Positions 27,037 to 35,253 of a DNA stretch of 64,000 nucleotides are shown here, in pieces. Origin of the DNA: an uncultured Bacteroidales bacterium (GTDB lineage Bacteria; Bacteroidota; Bacteroidia; Bacteroidales; WCHB1-69); the NCBI GenBank assembly GCA_905233745.1, contig CAJODA010000001.1, positions 7,855 through 71,854 of the forward strand. The letters run 5' to 3'. The translations under genes were made by a program, and so were the position numbers. How positions within the stretch are numbered: the first letter of the stretch is position 1; every line of letters starts with the position of its first letter. Under the pieces are notes generated by a model. That model searched no databases. It was not told the DNA's origin and saw only the letters and a list, made by a program, of their open reading frames with translations.

Positions 27037-27405
27037 ATGTTCCAAGACGACTTGTTCACCATCCTTTCAGAAGAGATTTCGGAAAACAGTGCCGATTTCA
27101 CCATCCGGTTGAACCGGAGCCACCCCATCTATTCCGGGCACTTCCCTGAGGATGCCATCACCCCCGGCGTATGCCTGGTGCAGATTGGTGTCGATTTGTT
27201 TTCCCATGCCTCAGGACACGAATTCCAGCTTGTCAAAGCAAAAAACGTGAAGTTCCTGCAACTCATCCGCCCCGACGAGCATCCTGAGATATGCTTTCAT
27301 CTGACGTGGGCGGCACCGGAAGAGAATATCCATGCCGTAAAAGTCTTAGTGGATGCCGACACGACCACCTTCATCAAAATGAGTTTGCAACTAGGTTTGA
27401 AATAA
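27037..27405 (+). CDS. Hotdog-fold 3-hydroxyacyl-ACP dehydratase (FabZ/FabA-like)
   Basis: 122 aa with the motif YSGHFPEDAITPGVCLVQIG. Confidence 0.75.
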   Translation: MFQDDLFTILSEEISENSADFTIRLNRSHPIYSGHFPEDAITPGVCLVQIGVDLFSHASGHEFQLVKAKNVKFLQLIRPDEHPEICFHLTWAAPEENIHAVKVLVDADTTTFIKMSLQLGLK

Positions 27406-28166
27406 TGGAAGATATTCGGAGTACCTTGAAGAATCTGGGCATTTGCGTCATTATTCCCACGTACAACAACGCTGGCACTGTCACACAGGTTATCGAATCG
27501 GTACACAATTTCTGTGATGATATCTTTGTGGTGTGCGACGGGCCCACCGACGGCACTGTGGAATTGGTGAAGCGGTCGGACGTACCTGTCAACGTGGTGG
27601 AGTACCAGCCCAACAAGGGCAAGGGTACCGCCTTGGTCACCGGGTTCCGAGAGGCCTTAAAACAGGGTTTTCGCTATGCCATCACACTGGACTCTGACGG
27701 GCAGCACTACGCTGACGACATCCCCGCATTTGCCAAAACCATTGCAGAGAATCCTGACGCCCTGCTCATCGGCAGCCGCGGGCTCAAGCATGACAACATG
27801 CCCCAGAAAAACACCTTCGCCAACAAGTTCTCCAACTTCTGGTTCACCGTGCAGACTGCCAAAAAGCTGCCAGACACCCAGACCGGATACCGACTTTATC
27901 CGTTGTACAAGATGGGCAAAATGCGACTGATAACCTCCCGCTACGAGGCCGAGCTGGAGATGTTGGTACGCTCCGCCTGGCGCAACATCCCCATCATCCC
28001 AATCCCCATCAAGGTCTATTACCCGCCACAAGAAGAGCGTGTCTCGTTTTTCCGCCCCGGCAAGGACTTCACCCGCATCAGCATCCTCAACACCTTCTTC
28101 TGCTTCGCCGCCATACTCTACGGCTATCCCTCCATGCTGATTCGGAAACTGTTTCAAAAAAACTGA
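27405..28166 (+). CDS. Family 2 glycosyltransferase with a C-terminal membrane helix (polyprenyl-phosphate GT-like)
   Basis: ICVIIPTYNNAGTV..VVCDGPTDGT..ITLDSDGQH (DxD). C-terminal hydrophobic segment ISILNTFFCFAAILYGYPSMLI. The ATG overlaps the upstream stop as TAATG. Confidence 0.8.
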   Translation: MEDIRSTLKNLGICVIIPTYNNAGTVTQVIESVHNFCDDIFVVCDGPTDGTVELVKRSDVPVNVVEYQPNKGKGTALVTGFREALKQGFRYAITLDSDGQHYADDIPAFAKTIAENPDALLIGSRGLKHDNMPQKNTFANKFSNFWFTVQTAKKLPDTQTGYRLYPLYKMGKMRLITSRYEAELEMLVRSAWRNIPIIPIPIKVYYPPQEERVSFFRPGKDFTRISILNTFFCFAAILYGYPSMLIRKLFQKN

Positions 28167-28177
28167 CACATCATTTT

Positions 28178-28193
28178 TGGCACATATTTTGCA
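28178..28193 (+). promoter_or_regulatory. Canonical sigma-54 (-24/-12) promoter TGGCAC-N5-TTGCA upstream of htpG
   Basis: ttTGGCACatattTTGCAag matches every position of the TGGCAC-N5-TTGC core. The -12 GC (28191-28192) lies 72 nt upstream of the htpG ATG. Confidence 0.65.
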
Positions 28194-28202
28194 AGAGATA
28201 GT

Positions 28203-28227
28203 ATCGTCATTTTCATGACGATTTTTT
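28203..28227 (+). terminator. Hairpin plus T-run. It is either the terminator of the lipid cluster or a 5' leader structure of htpG.
   Basis: atcgtcat tttc atgacgat followed by ttttt. Confidence 0.6.
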
Positions 28228-28263
28228 GTCATTATTCAGATAAATAATTAAAAACTATTCTAT

Positions 28264-30174
28264 ATGCAAACAGGTAATATCAATGTCAAAACCGAGAACA
28301 TCTTTCCGGTAATCAAGAAATTCTTATACTCAGACCATGAGATTTTCCTCAGAGAACTGATCTCCAACGCAGTGGATGCCACCCAGAAGATCAAAACACT
28401 AGCAACACTGGGCAAAACTGACAGCGAACTTGGCGACCTTACCGTCGAAGTCAAAGTGAACAAGGATGACAAAACCATCCGCGTCATCGACCACGGCATC
28501 GGCATGAGCGCAGAAGAGGTGGACAAATACATCAACCAAATCGCATTTTCCGGTGCTGAAGACTTCCTCTCTAAATACAAAGGACAAGACGCCGCCAACA
28601 TCATCGGCCACTTCGGATTGGGTTTCTATTCCTCCTTCATGGTAGCCGACAGAGTGGACATCCTCACCAAATCGCACACTGACGCCAAGGCCGTGAAGTG
28701 GAGCTGCGACGGTTCCACTGAGTTCACGATGGAAGAGATTGACAAGAGTGAACGCGGCACCGAAATTGTGCTGCACGTGGCCGAAGACGCCCAGGAATTC
28801 CTCGATGAAAACAAAATTGTCGGACTGCTGACCAAATACTGCCGTTTCCTGCCCATCCCTATCCGTTGCGGCAACAAGACCGAATGGCGCAAGCCCGAGC
28901 CCAAACCCGAGGATGAGAGTACGGACAAGAAAGTCGAGAAGAAAGAGGAGCCTAAAGAGGAGGCCGTGCAAGTTCCGCGCATCATCAATGACACAGACCC
29001 TATCTGGCAAAAATCCCCATCTTCCCTTACCGATGAAGATTACAAAAAGTTCTACCACGAGCTCTACCCGATGAACTTCGAGGACCCGATGTTCCAGATC
29101 CACCTCAATGTGGATTATCCCTTCAACCTCACGGGCGTTCTCTATTTCCCGAAGGTGAAGAACCAGCTCGACCTGAAGAAAAACCGCGTGCAACTCTATT
29201 GCAATCAAGTCTATATCACCGACGAACTGGAGGGTATCATCCCTGAATTCATGACACTTTTGCATGGTGTCATCGACTCACCAGACATCCCGCTGAATGT
29301 GTCGCGTTCCTATCTCCAATCTGATTCCAATGTCAAGAAAATCTCCACCTACATCAGCAAGAAGGTGGCTGAAAAGCTGGAGTCCATGTTCAAGGAGAAC
29401 CGAGAGGACTTTGAAAAGAAATGGGATGAGTTGAAAGTCTTCCTGCAATACGGTTCCCTGACAGATGAGAAGTTTTACGATAAGATCAAAGATTTCTATC
29501 TGCTGAAAAACACAGATGGAAAATACTATACCATTGAGGAATACCGGAATTTGGTAAGTGCGCTGCAGACCAACAAGGATGACATGGTGATTTTGCTTTA
29601 TGCCGCCAACACCGACGAGCAACACCTCTACATCCAGGCCGCCAAAGAGAAGGGCTACGATGTGCTGCTGATGGACGGTTTCCTGGACGCACACGCCATC
29701 AACATGCTGGAGCAGAAAAACGAGAAGATGCGCTTCACACGCGTGGATGCCGATGTCATTGAGAAGTTGATTGAAAAGAAAGACGAGGTTTCTCCGTCAA
29801 AACTCTCTGACGAGCAGCAGAAAAACCTGAAGGAGTTTTTCGACAAGGATGTAGACAAGAGCAAATACACCGTCATGGTGGAGAGCTTGAGCGAAACAGA
29901 CCTTCCAGTGATCATCACGCAAAACGAGTTCATGCGCCGTTTCAAGGATATGGAGAAAGTGTCGGGCCAGCAGGGTATGTACGGCGGTTTCGAGCACTAC
30001 AACATCGTGGTGAACGGCAACCACCCGTTAGCGTCCCGTATTCTGGACGAAACAGATGAGGAGAAGCGCGGCAAGCTGGTGCAACAGATGATTGACCTTG
30101 CCCTGCTCTCACAGAACATCCTCACCGGCGAAAAACTCAGTGAGTTCGTGAAACGGAGTTACGAGATATTGTAA
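28264..30174 (+). CDS. htpG: Molecular chaperone HtpG (Hsp90)
   Basis: IFPVIKKFLYSDHEIFLRELISNAVDATQK..IGHFGLGFYSSFMVADRV. Confidence 0.95.
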   Translation: MQTGNINVKTENIFPVIKKFLYSDHEIFLRELISNAVDATQKIKTLATLGKTDSELGDLTVEVKVNKDDKTIRVIDHGIGMSAEEVDKYINQIAFSGAEDFLSKYKGQDAANIIGHFGLGFYSSFMVADRVDILTKSHTDAKAVKWSCDGSTEFTMEEIDKSERGTEIVLHVAEDAQEFLDENKIVGLLTKYCRFLPIPIRCGNKTEWRKPEPKPEDESTDKKVEKKEEPKEEAVQVPRIINDTDPIWQKSPSSLTDEDYKKFYHELYPMNFEDPMFQIHLNVDYPFNLTGVLYFPKVKNQLDLKKNRVQLYCNQVYITDELEGIIPEFMTLLHGVIDSPDIPLNVSRSYLQSDSNVKKISTYISKKVAEKLESMFKENREDFEKKWDELKVFLQYGSLTDEKFYDKIKDFYLLKNTDGKYYTIEEYRNLVSALQTNKDDMVILLYAANTDEQHLYIQAAKEKGYDVLLMDGFLDAHAINMLEQKNEKMRFTRVDADVIEKLIEKKDEVSPSKLSDEQQKNLKEFFDKDVDKSKYTVMVESLSETDLPVIITQNEFMRRFKDMEKVSGQQGMYGGFEHYNIVVNGNHPLASRILDETDEEKRGKLVQQMIDLALLSQNILTGEKLSEFVKRSYEIL

Positions 30175-30180
30175 AAATGA

Positions 30181-30205
30181 AAGAGGCGCGAAATTCGCGC
30201 CTCTT
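30181..30205. terminator. Bidirectional terminator between htpG and clpX
   Basis: aagaggcgcga aat tcgcgcctctt, flanked by A- and T-rich tracts. Confidence 0.75.
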
Positions 30206-30210
30206 TTACT

Positions 30211-31452
30211 TTATTTGTCCAAAAAAGAGAAAATCGACTTCTCGAAGTTTGTTCGGGCATAATCGGCCGTCACGGTTATTTTCTCCTTGTTCAGGCTGGG
30301 GAAGTCGTACATGGCATCGGTCATGATTTTTTCCACGATGGCGCGAAGTCCGCGTGCACCGAGTTTCAGTTCAACAGCCTTGCCCACGATGTAATCAAGA
30401 GCTTCCTCATCGAAATTCAGGGTAATGTCATCCATTTGGAAGAGTTTCACATACTGCTTCACCAGCGCGTTCTTCGGCTGCGTGAGGATTTGCTTTAATG
30501 CTGCGGCATCCAAAGGATTCAGAGCGGTGATAACCGGGAAACGGCCGCACAATTCGGGTATCAGACCAAATTGTTTGATATCCTGAGCGGAAACATACTG
30601 CAACATGTTGCTCTTGTCAATATTTCGGTTTTTCTTATTATAACCGATAGCGTTGGTGTTCATACGCTCCCCTATAATCTGATCCAGATTGTTGAAAGCA
30701 CCACTGCCGATAAAGAGGATATTCTGGGTGTTCACGTGGAGAAACTCCTGTTCCGGATGTTTGCGTCCCCCTTGCGGCGGCACATTAACAATGGATCCCT
30801 CCAGCAGTTTAAGCAATGCCTGTTGCACACCCTCTCCCGACACATCACGGGTGATGGAAGGGTTCTCCGACCCTTTGCGGGCAACCTTGTCAATCTCATC
30901 AATAAATACAATGCCACGCTCCGCCTTGGCCACATCATAATCAGCGGCCTGAAGCAAACGGGTCAATATGGACTCAACATCCTCACCCACATAACCAGCC
31001 TGCGTGAAGACCGTCGCATCGGCAATGCAAAAAGGCACTTCCAGCAGCTTGGCAATGGTACGGGCCAACAACGTCTTTCCTGTTCCCGTTTCGCCAATCA
31101 GCAAAATATTTGATTTCTCTATCTCAACCTCATCGTTATCCGCATCATTATATTGCAGAATACGCTTGTAATGATTGTACACTGCCACGGAGAGCACCTT
31201 CTTGGCCTCCTCTTGTCCGATCACATAATCGTCTAGCCGGGCCTTGATTTCATGGGGTTTCAGAAGGTTGACATGAAGAGACTCCACAGCATCACGTTTC
31301 TCATTAATCTCCACATCATGGAGAATTTCGCTCACCGTTTGTACACAGTCGCCACATATAAGACCAGAAAGACCAGCTATTAGAAACTGGTCTTCCGGTA
31401 TATATCGCCCGCAGAAACTGCAGGTTCTTTCTGTTTGTCTTGATTTAGCCAT
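30211..31452 (-). CDS. clpX: ATP-dependent Clp protease ATP-binding subunit ClpX
   Basis: Zinc-finger motifs CSFCGR..CGDC, Walker [10 protein letters not shown], Walker B VFIDEIDK. Confidence 0.95.
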   Translation of the reverse strand: MAKSRQTERTCSFCGRYIPEDQFLIAGLSGLICGDCVQTVSEILHDVEINEKRDAVESLHVNLLKPHEIKARLDDYVIGQEEAKKVLSVAVYNHYKRILQYNDADNDEVEIEKSNILLIGETGTGKTLLARTIAKLLEVPFCIADATVFTQAGYVGEDVESILTRLLQAADYDVAKAERGIVFIDEIDKVARKGSENPSITRDVSGEGVQQALLKLLEGSIVNVPPQGGRKHPEQEFLHVNTQNILFIGSGAFNNLDQIIGERMNTNAIGYNKKNRNIDKSNMLQYVSAQDIKQFGLIPELCGRFPVITALNPLDAAALKQILTQPKNALVKQYVKLFQMDDITLNFDEEALDYIVGKAVELKLGARGLRAIVEKIMTDAMYDFPSLNKEKITVTADYARTNFEKSIFSFLDK

Positions 31453-32126
31453 TATTTTCTACGCTCGTTGGAGAGTACCTGGTCAATAAGACCATATTCT
31501 TTAGCTTCGGCCGCGATCATCCAATGGTCACGATCGCAGTCCTTCCACACTTGGTCGAAGTCCTTTCCGGTATGGTTGGCGATGATCTCATAGAGTTCGC
31601 GCTTAATCTTCATAATCTCCTGAGCCTCGATTTCGATATCGGAGGCTTGTCCCTGAGCGCCGCCCATAGGCTGATGGATCATGACGCGGGAGTGTGGCAG
31701 GGCAAAACGTTTGCCCTTGGCTCCGGCGCACAGGAGCACTGCAGCCATAGAGGCGGCCATGCCTGTGCAGATGGTGGACACGTCGGGCTTCAGATACTGC
31801 ATGGTATCATAGATGCCCAATCCGGCATAGACCTGGCCTCCCGGACTGTTCAGGTAAATCTGAATGTCACGGTCAGGATCTTGCGACTCCAGGAAAAGCA
31901 ACTGGGCTTGGATGATATTGGCCACATCGTCATCAATAGGCACACCTAAAAAGATGATACGGTCCTTCATCAGGCGGGAGAACACATCCAACTGAGTGAT
32001 GTTCATCGGACGCTCCTCGATGATGTATGGCGTGATATAGTTGCGCGTCATGGATGCGTAACGCTCCATTTTCAAGCTGCTGATGCCATGCTGCTTCAGC
32101 GCATAATGTCTGAATTCGTCTCTCAT
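31452..32126 (-). CDS. clpP: ATP-dependent Clp protease proteolytic subunit ClpP
   Basis: [34 protein letters not shown]. Confidence 0.95.
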   Translation of the reverse strand: MRDEFRHYALKQHGISSLKMERYASMTRNYITPYIIEERPMNITQLDVFSRLMKDRIIFLGVPIDDDVANIIQAQLLFLESQDPDRDIQIYLNSPGGQVYAGLGIYDTMQYLKPDVSTICTGMAASMAAVLLCAGAKGKRFALPHSRVMIHQPMGGAQGQASDIEIEAQEIMKIKRELYEIIANHTGKDFDQVWKDCDRDHWMIAAEAKEYGLIDQVLSNERRK

Positions 32127-32133
32127 TTTTCAG

Positions 32134-33600
32134 TTATTCTTTGGTTGTTTTGGCAGCCTTGGCCTTGGCAGGAGATTTCTTCGTTTTCTCCACTTTCTCT
32201 TCCTTCTCATCCTTCTCCGCCTTCTCCTCCTTTTTCACCTTCTTAGCCGCGGCTTTCTTGGCGGGAGCTTTGCCTTGTTCCTTCTCGTTACGAGCGGTCA
32301 GCATGTCCACATAGGCCTTGATATCGCCCTTTTTGTGGTCAATGTTGAGTTTGGAACGCAACAGTTCGGTGAGTTTCTCATCAAAGAGCATGTCATAGAC
32401 ACTTTTCACATACTCGCGGTTCTCCATGGATTGTTTCACCAATTCCTCCACGCGGTCCTTCACATCATCGGCGTTGAAATTGCCGAAGTAGTTTTTGATG
32501 AAATATTCGCGGAAGTAGTTCTTCACATCTTCCATCTCCACCTTGATATCGCTGCCTTCGACCACCTTGCCTTCCAGAATCTGCCATTGGAATGCACGTT
32601 TGTAGTCATTGTATTTCTCCTCCAAAGTCTCAGCGGTCATGTCTTTCTGAGTAAGCAGGATATAGCGTTTGATAAAATCATCGGGGAGCTCGACATTCAC
32701 ATTGTCAATCAGCATCTCAATGGCATCGTTCATGAACTGACGGTTGAGCTCGGGCTGATATTGATCAAGGATAACCTTGTCGGCAGCGGCGTTCAGTTCC
32801 TTCTCATTCTTGACGGAACCATCGGGGTAGGCTTTCTTGAAGAACTCGTCGTTGAGCTCGGCAGGCTCGATGCGGCCGATATGTTTGATGGTCAACTTAT
32901 ATTTATACTCATTTTCAGCCTCCAGGTCCTTGGCATCCACTTTGAGGAAACGGGCAAGAACAGTCTCATTAGTGAAAGCCTTGCACAGGGAGAGTGTCAC
33001 GGACTCCTCTTTCTTCTTGCCCACAAATTTCTTCTGGGCAGCGTCGGTCAGATCACGCATGAAGAAGAAACCCTCCTTGTCCTCACCGTACTTGACGGAC
33101 ACGCTATCTGTAATCTCCACGGTCTCAGGGGTGACATAGTTGCCATGGCGCTCGCGAAGCTGGTTGATGAAGTTGGAACGCTCCTCGTCTGTCGGCACTA
33201 TGGTGAAGTCAACCACCTTGGGCAGTTTGGCATAATCAATGTTCACTTCGGGTGCCAGGGCATACTCATAAACAAACTCGAAATGATCGGGTTCGTCGAA
33301 GTTCACTTTGGATTTATTCTCCACCGGCAGCGGTTCGAAAATATAGCGGACCTCGTTATCTTTCATGAACTTGTCCATCTCACTGTTGACGATGTTGTCG
33401 ATTTCCTGTACCATGAGGGTTTTCTCGTACATCTTCTTGATCATACCCATAGGGGCGTTACCGGGACGGAAACCGGGAACCTGGGCAGTGCGTCTCTGTT
33501 TCTTCAGTGCGGCGTCCAATTTGGCCGCATAGTCTTCCTTGTTAATCTCGATCGTCACTTCCTGCAACTGACCGGGGACGTTTTCGTGTTTGATATTCAT
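32134..33600 (-). CDS. tig: Trigger factor with a Lys/Ala/Glu-rich C-terminal tail of about 50 aa
   Basis: VPGFRPGNAPMGMIKKMY motif. Conserved tig-clpP-clpX order. The tail is KAPAKKAAAKKVKKEEKAEKDEKEEKVEKTKKSPAKAKAAKTTKE. Confidence 0.9.
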   Translation of the reverse strand: MNIKHENVPGQLQEVTIEINKEDYAAKLDAALKKQRRTAQVPGFRPGNAPMGMIKKMYEKTLMVQEIDNIVNSEMDKFMKDNEVRYIFEPLPVENKSKVNFDEPDHFEFVYEYALAPEVNIDYAKLPKVVDFTIVPTDEERSNFINQLRERHGNYVTPETVEITDSVSVKYGEDKEGFFFMRDLTDAAQKKFVGKKKEESVTLSLCKAFTNETVLARFLKVDAKDLEAENEYKYKLTIKHIGRIEPAELNDEFFKKAYPDGSVKNEKELNAAADKVILDQYQPELNRQFMNDAIEMLIDNVNVELPDDFIKRYILLTQKDMTAETLEEKYNDYKRAFQWQILEGKVVEGSDIKVEMEDVKNYFREYFIKNYFGNFNADDVKDRVEELVKQSMENREYVKSVYDMLFDEKLTELLRSKLNIDHKKGDIKAYVDMLTARNEKEQGKAPAKKAAAKKVKKEEKAEKDEKEEKVEKTKKSPAKAKAAKTTKE

Positions 33601-33689
33601 ATTACAATACTAAAATATAACTTTTCATAGACTAAAAGACACACAGCACCCGCAGATGCTGCATGTCCGTAAATCTTACCATTTCCGGA

Positions 33690-33995
33690 TTACTCCTGGG
33701 TCTGTGACTGGGTATCCTCGGCCGGTTGGGTCTGTTCTGTCTGCACCTGGTTCCCTCTGAGGGCTTTCACCTCGTTCTTGGACAGGAATGCACAAACGAA
33801 GCAGAGCACCATGATGAAAGCGGCGAGGCCCCAAGTGGTCTTCTCAAGCACGTCAGCAGTCTTACGAACACCCATAATCTGGTTGGAAGAGGCGAAGTTA
33901 GAGGCCAAACCACCACCCTTGGAGTTCTGAATCAATATGACGAATGCCAGTACGATACAGGCCAAAATGATTAATACAACGCAAAGTGTGAACAT
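33690..33995 (-). CDS. secG: Preprotein translocase subunit SecG
   Basis: ILIQNSKGGGLASNF..MGVRKTADVLEKTTW, with two TM helices. Confidence 0.85.
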   Translation of the reverse strand: MFTLCVVLIILACIVLAFVILIQNSKGGGLASNFASSNQIMGVRKTADVLEKTTWGLAAFIMVLCFVCAFLSKNEVKALRGNQVQTEQTQPAEDTQSQTQE

Positions 33996-34031
33996 CTGTT
34001 TCTATTTTTTAATTTATTGATTAATATTGTG

Positions 34032-34661
34032 TTAATTTTCTTGATTTTGAGACTCTTTTTGCAGTTTTTCAATTTGGGTTGCAAAATAACAACTTTTTTC
34101 TGGAAAATGCAACTTTAAAATTTCATACATCTGAATAGCTTTCTGATAGTATCCTTGTTCAGCATAAATTGCTGCCAATGTTTCACTTACGATATTCGGA
34201 TCCTCCTCCAGACTCTCTTCTCCGTAGTTGGCTTCGGCGTCATGGTTCTCGGGGGAGAAGATGATTTTAGGGGCATCATTTGAGAATTTCTCTATCAGCT
34301 GGTCTATCAGGGCCTGGCGACTTTCATGATCCTCAGTGCGCTGTTTCACGAAGACGGGGTGCAGTGATTCCGCCACCTCACCGGCAGGTTTATGGGGCAC
34401 GTGTGAGACAACCGGCTTTTCACGGGCAGGGGAAACCACCGGCTCGAACTCGATTTCCAGCCCATTGAACCGCAGGATGTCGGGCAAAGTGAGCAGCATA
34501 CGCGAACGTACACGTGCTTGGGCACGGGAAGGAAGCAGGCGCAAACAAAAGGCACTGACCAACGGTGAAGCAGGATAATGTTTGTGAAGATAGGTCAGTT
34601 TTTCCTGCACACTCTCCCCTTCTTTCAAATCCACAAAATCTTTAAAGAAAACTTTCTCCAT
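34032..34661 (-). CDS. Hypothetical protein with a C-terminal TPR-like motif
   Basis: [30 protein letters not shown]. It lies between lptE and secG. Confidence 0.5.
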   Translation of the reverse strand: MEKVFFKDFVDLKEGESVQEKLTYLHKHYPASPLVSAFCLRLLPSRAQARVRSRMLLTLPDILRFNGLEIEFEPVVSPAREKPVVSHVPHKPAGEVAESLHPVFVKQRTEDHESRQALIDQLIEKFSNDAPKIIFSPENHDAEANYGEESLEEDPNIVSETLAAIYAEQGYYQKAIQMYEILKLHFPEKSCYFATQIEKLQKESQNQEN

Positions 34662-34679
34662 TCTAAATTTTTAGGGCTG

Positions 34680-34687
34680 CAAAAATA
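34680..34687 (-). promoter_or_regulatory. Bacteroides-type -7 box
   Basis: The plus strand reads CAAAAATA, 19 nt upstream of the 34661 start. Confidence 0.4.
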
Positions 34688-34728
34688 CAAAAAATAGTGA
34701 AACAGGCTAACTTGCAAAAGGATACCTC

Positions 34729-35253
34729 TCACCAGTTCACAAAAGCCTTATTGAAAATATCATCTGTGAGGGCATCGCAGATTTCCGACACCAGCGTCCC
34801 CTCCACGCTGCTCAAGTTGCGTGAGCTGGCATAGTCGGCATACCGGGAGAATGACTGGTCAAAGTTCTGGGTCTCGTCGAACTTATTGGTAAACCGAACC
34901 CTCACGGTTATGGTGAGGCGATTCATGGCGGCGACATCATTGCCCTGGATAGCCACGGGCGCCACGCTATATCCGGTAATCTCCCCTTCAAACTCATAGT
35001 CTCCTTGCCGGTTCACAATTGTCAGCGGCGTCTGACTCTGAATCTTGTCCTTCAACCCCGTGGTGAAGGATTGGCTAAGCGTTGGGTTCACCAAAGAGGC
35101 ATTATTTGGAAACGTGTTGATTTCCACTGTTTTGGCACGGGGATCAACAGTACCGCCAGTAAGGGAAACCGACATACGGCAACCGGAAAGCAGGGTAACA
35201 GCGCACAACAGTATCGCAACAAAAACTCGAGTCGGTTTCATCTTATTTATCAT
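34729..35253 (-). CDS. lptE: LptE-like LPS-assembly lipoprotein
   Basis: Lipobox LLSGC, about 170 aa, and the Bacteroidetes synteny (sigma-54 activator, lptE, hypothetical, secG) as I recall it. Confidence 0.55.
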   Translation of the reverse strand: MINKMKPTRVFVAILLCAVTLLSGCRMSVSLTGGTVDPRAKTVEINTFPNNASLVNPTLSQSFTTGLKDKIQSQTPLTIVNRQGDYEFEGEITGYSVAPVAIQGNDVAAMNRLTITVRVRFTNKFDETQNFDQSFSRYADYASSRNLSSVEGTLVSEICDALTDDIFNKAFVNW

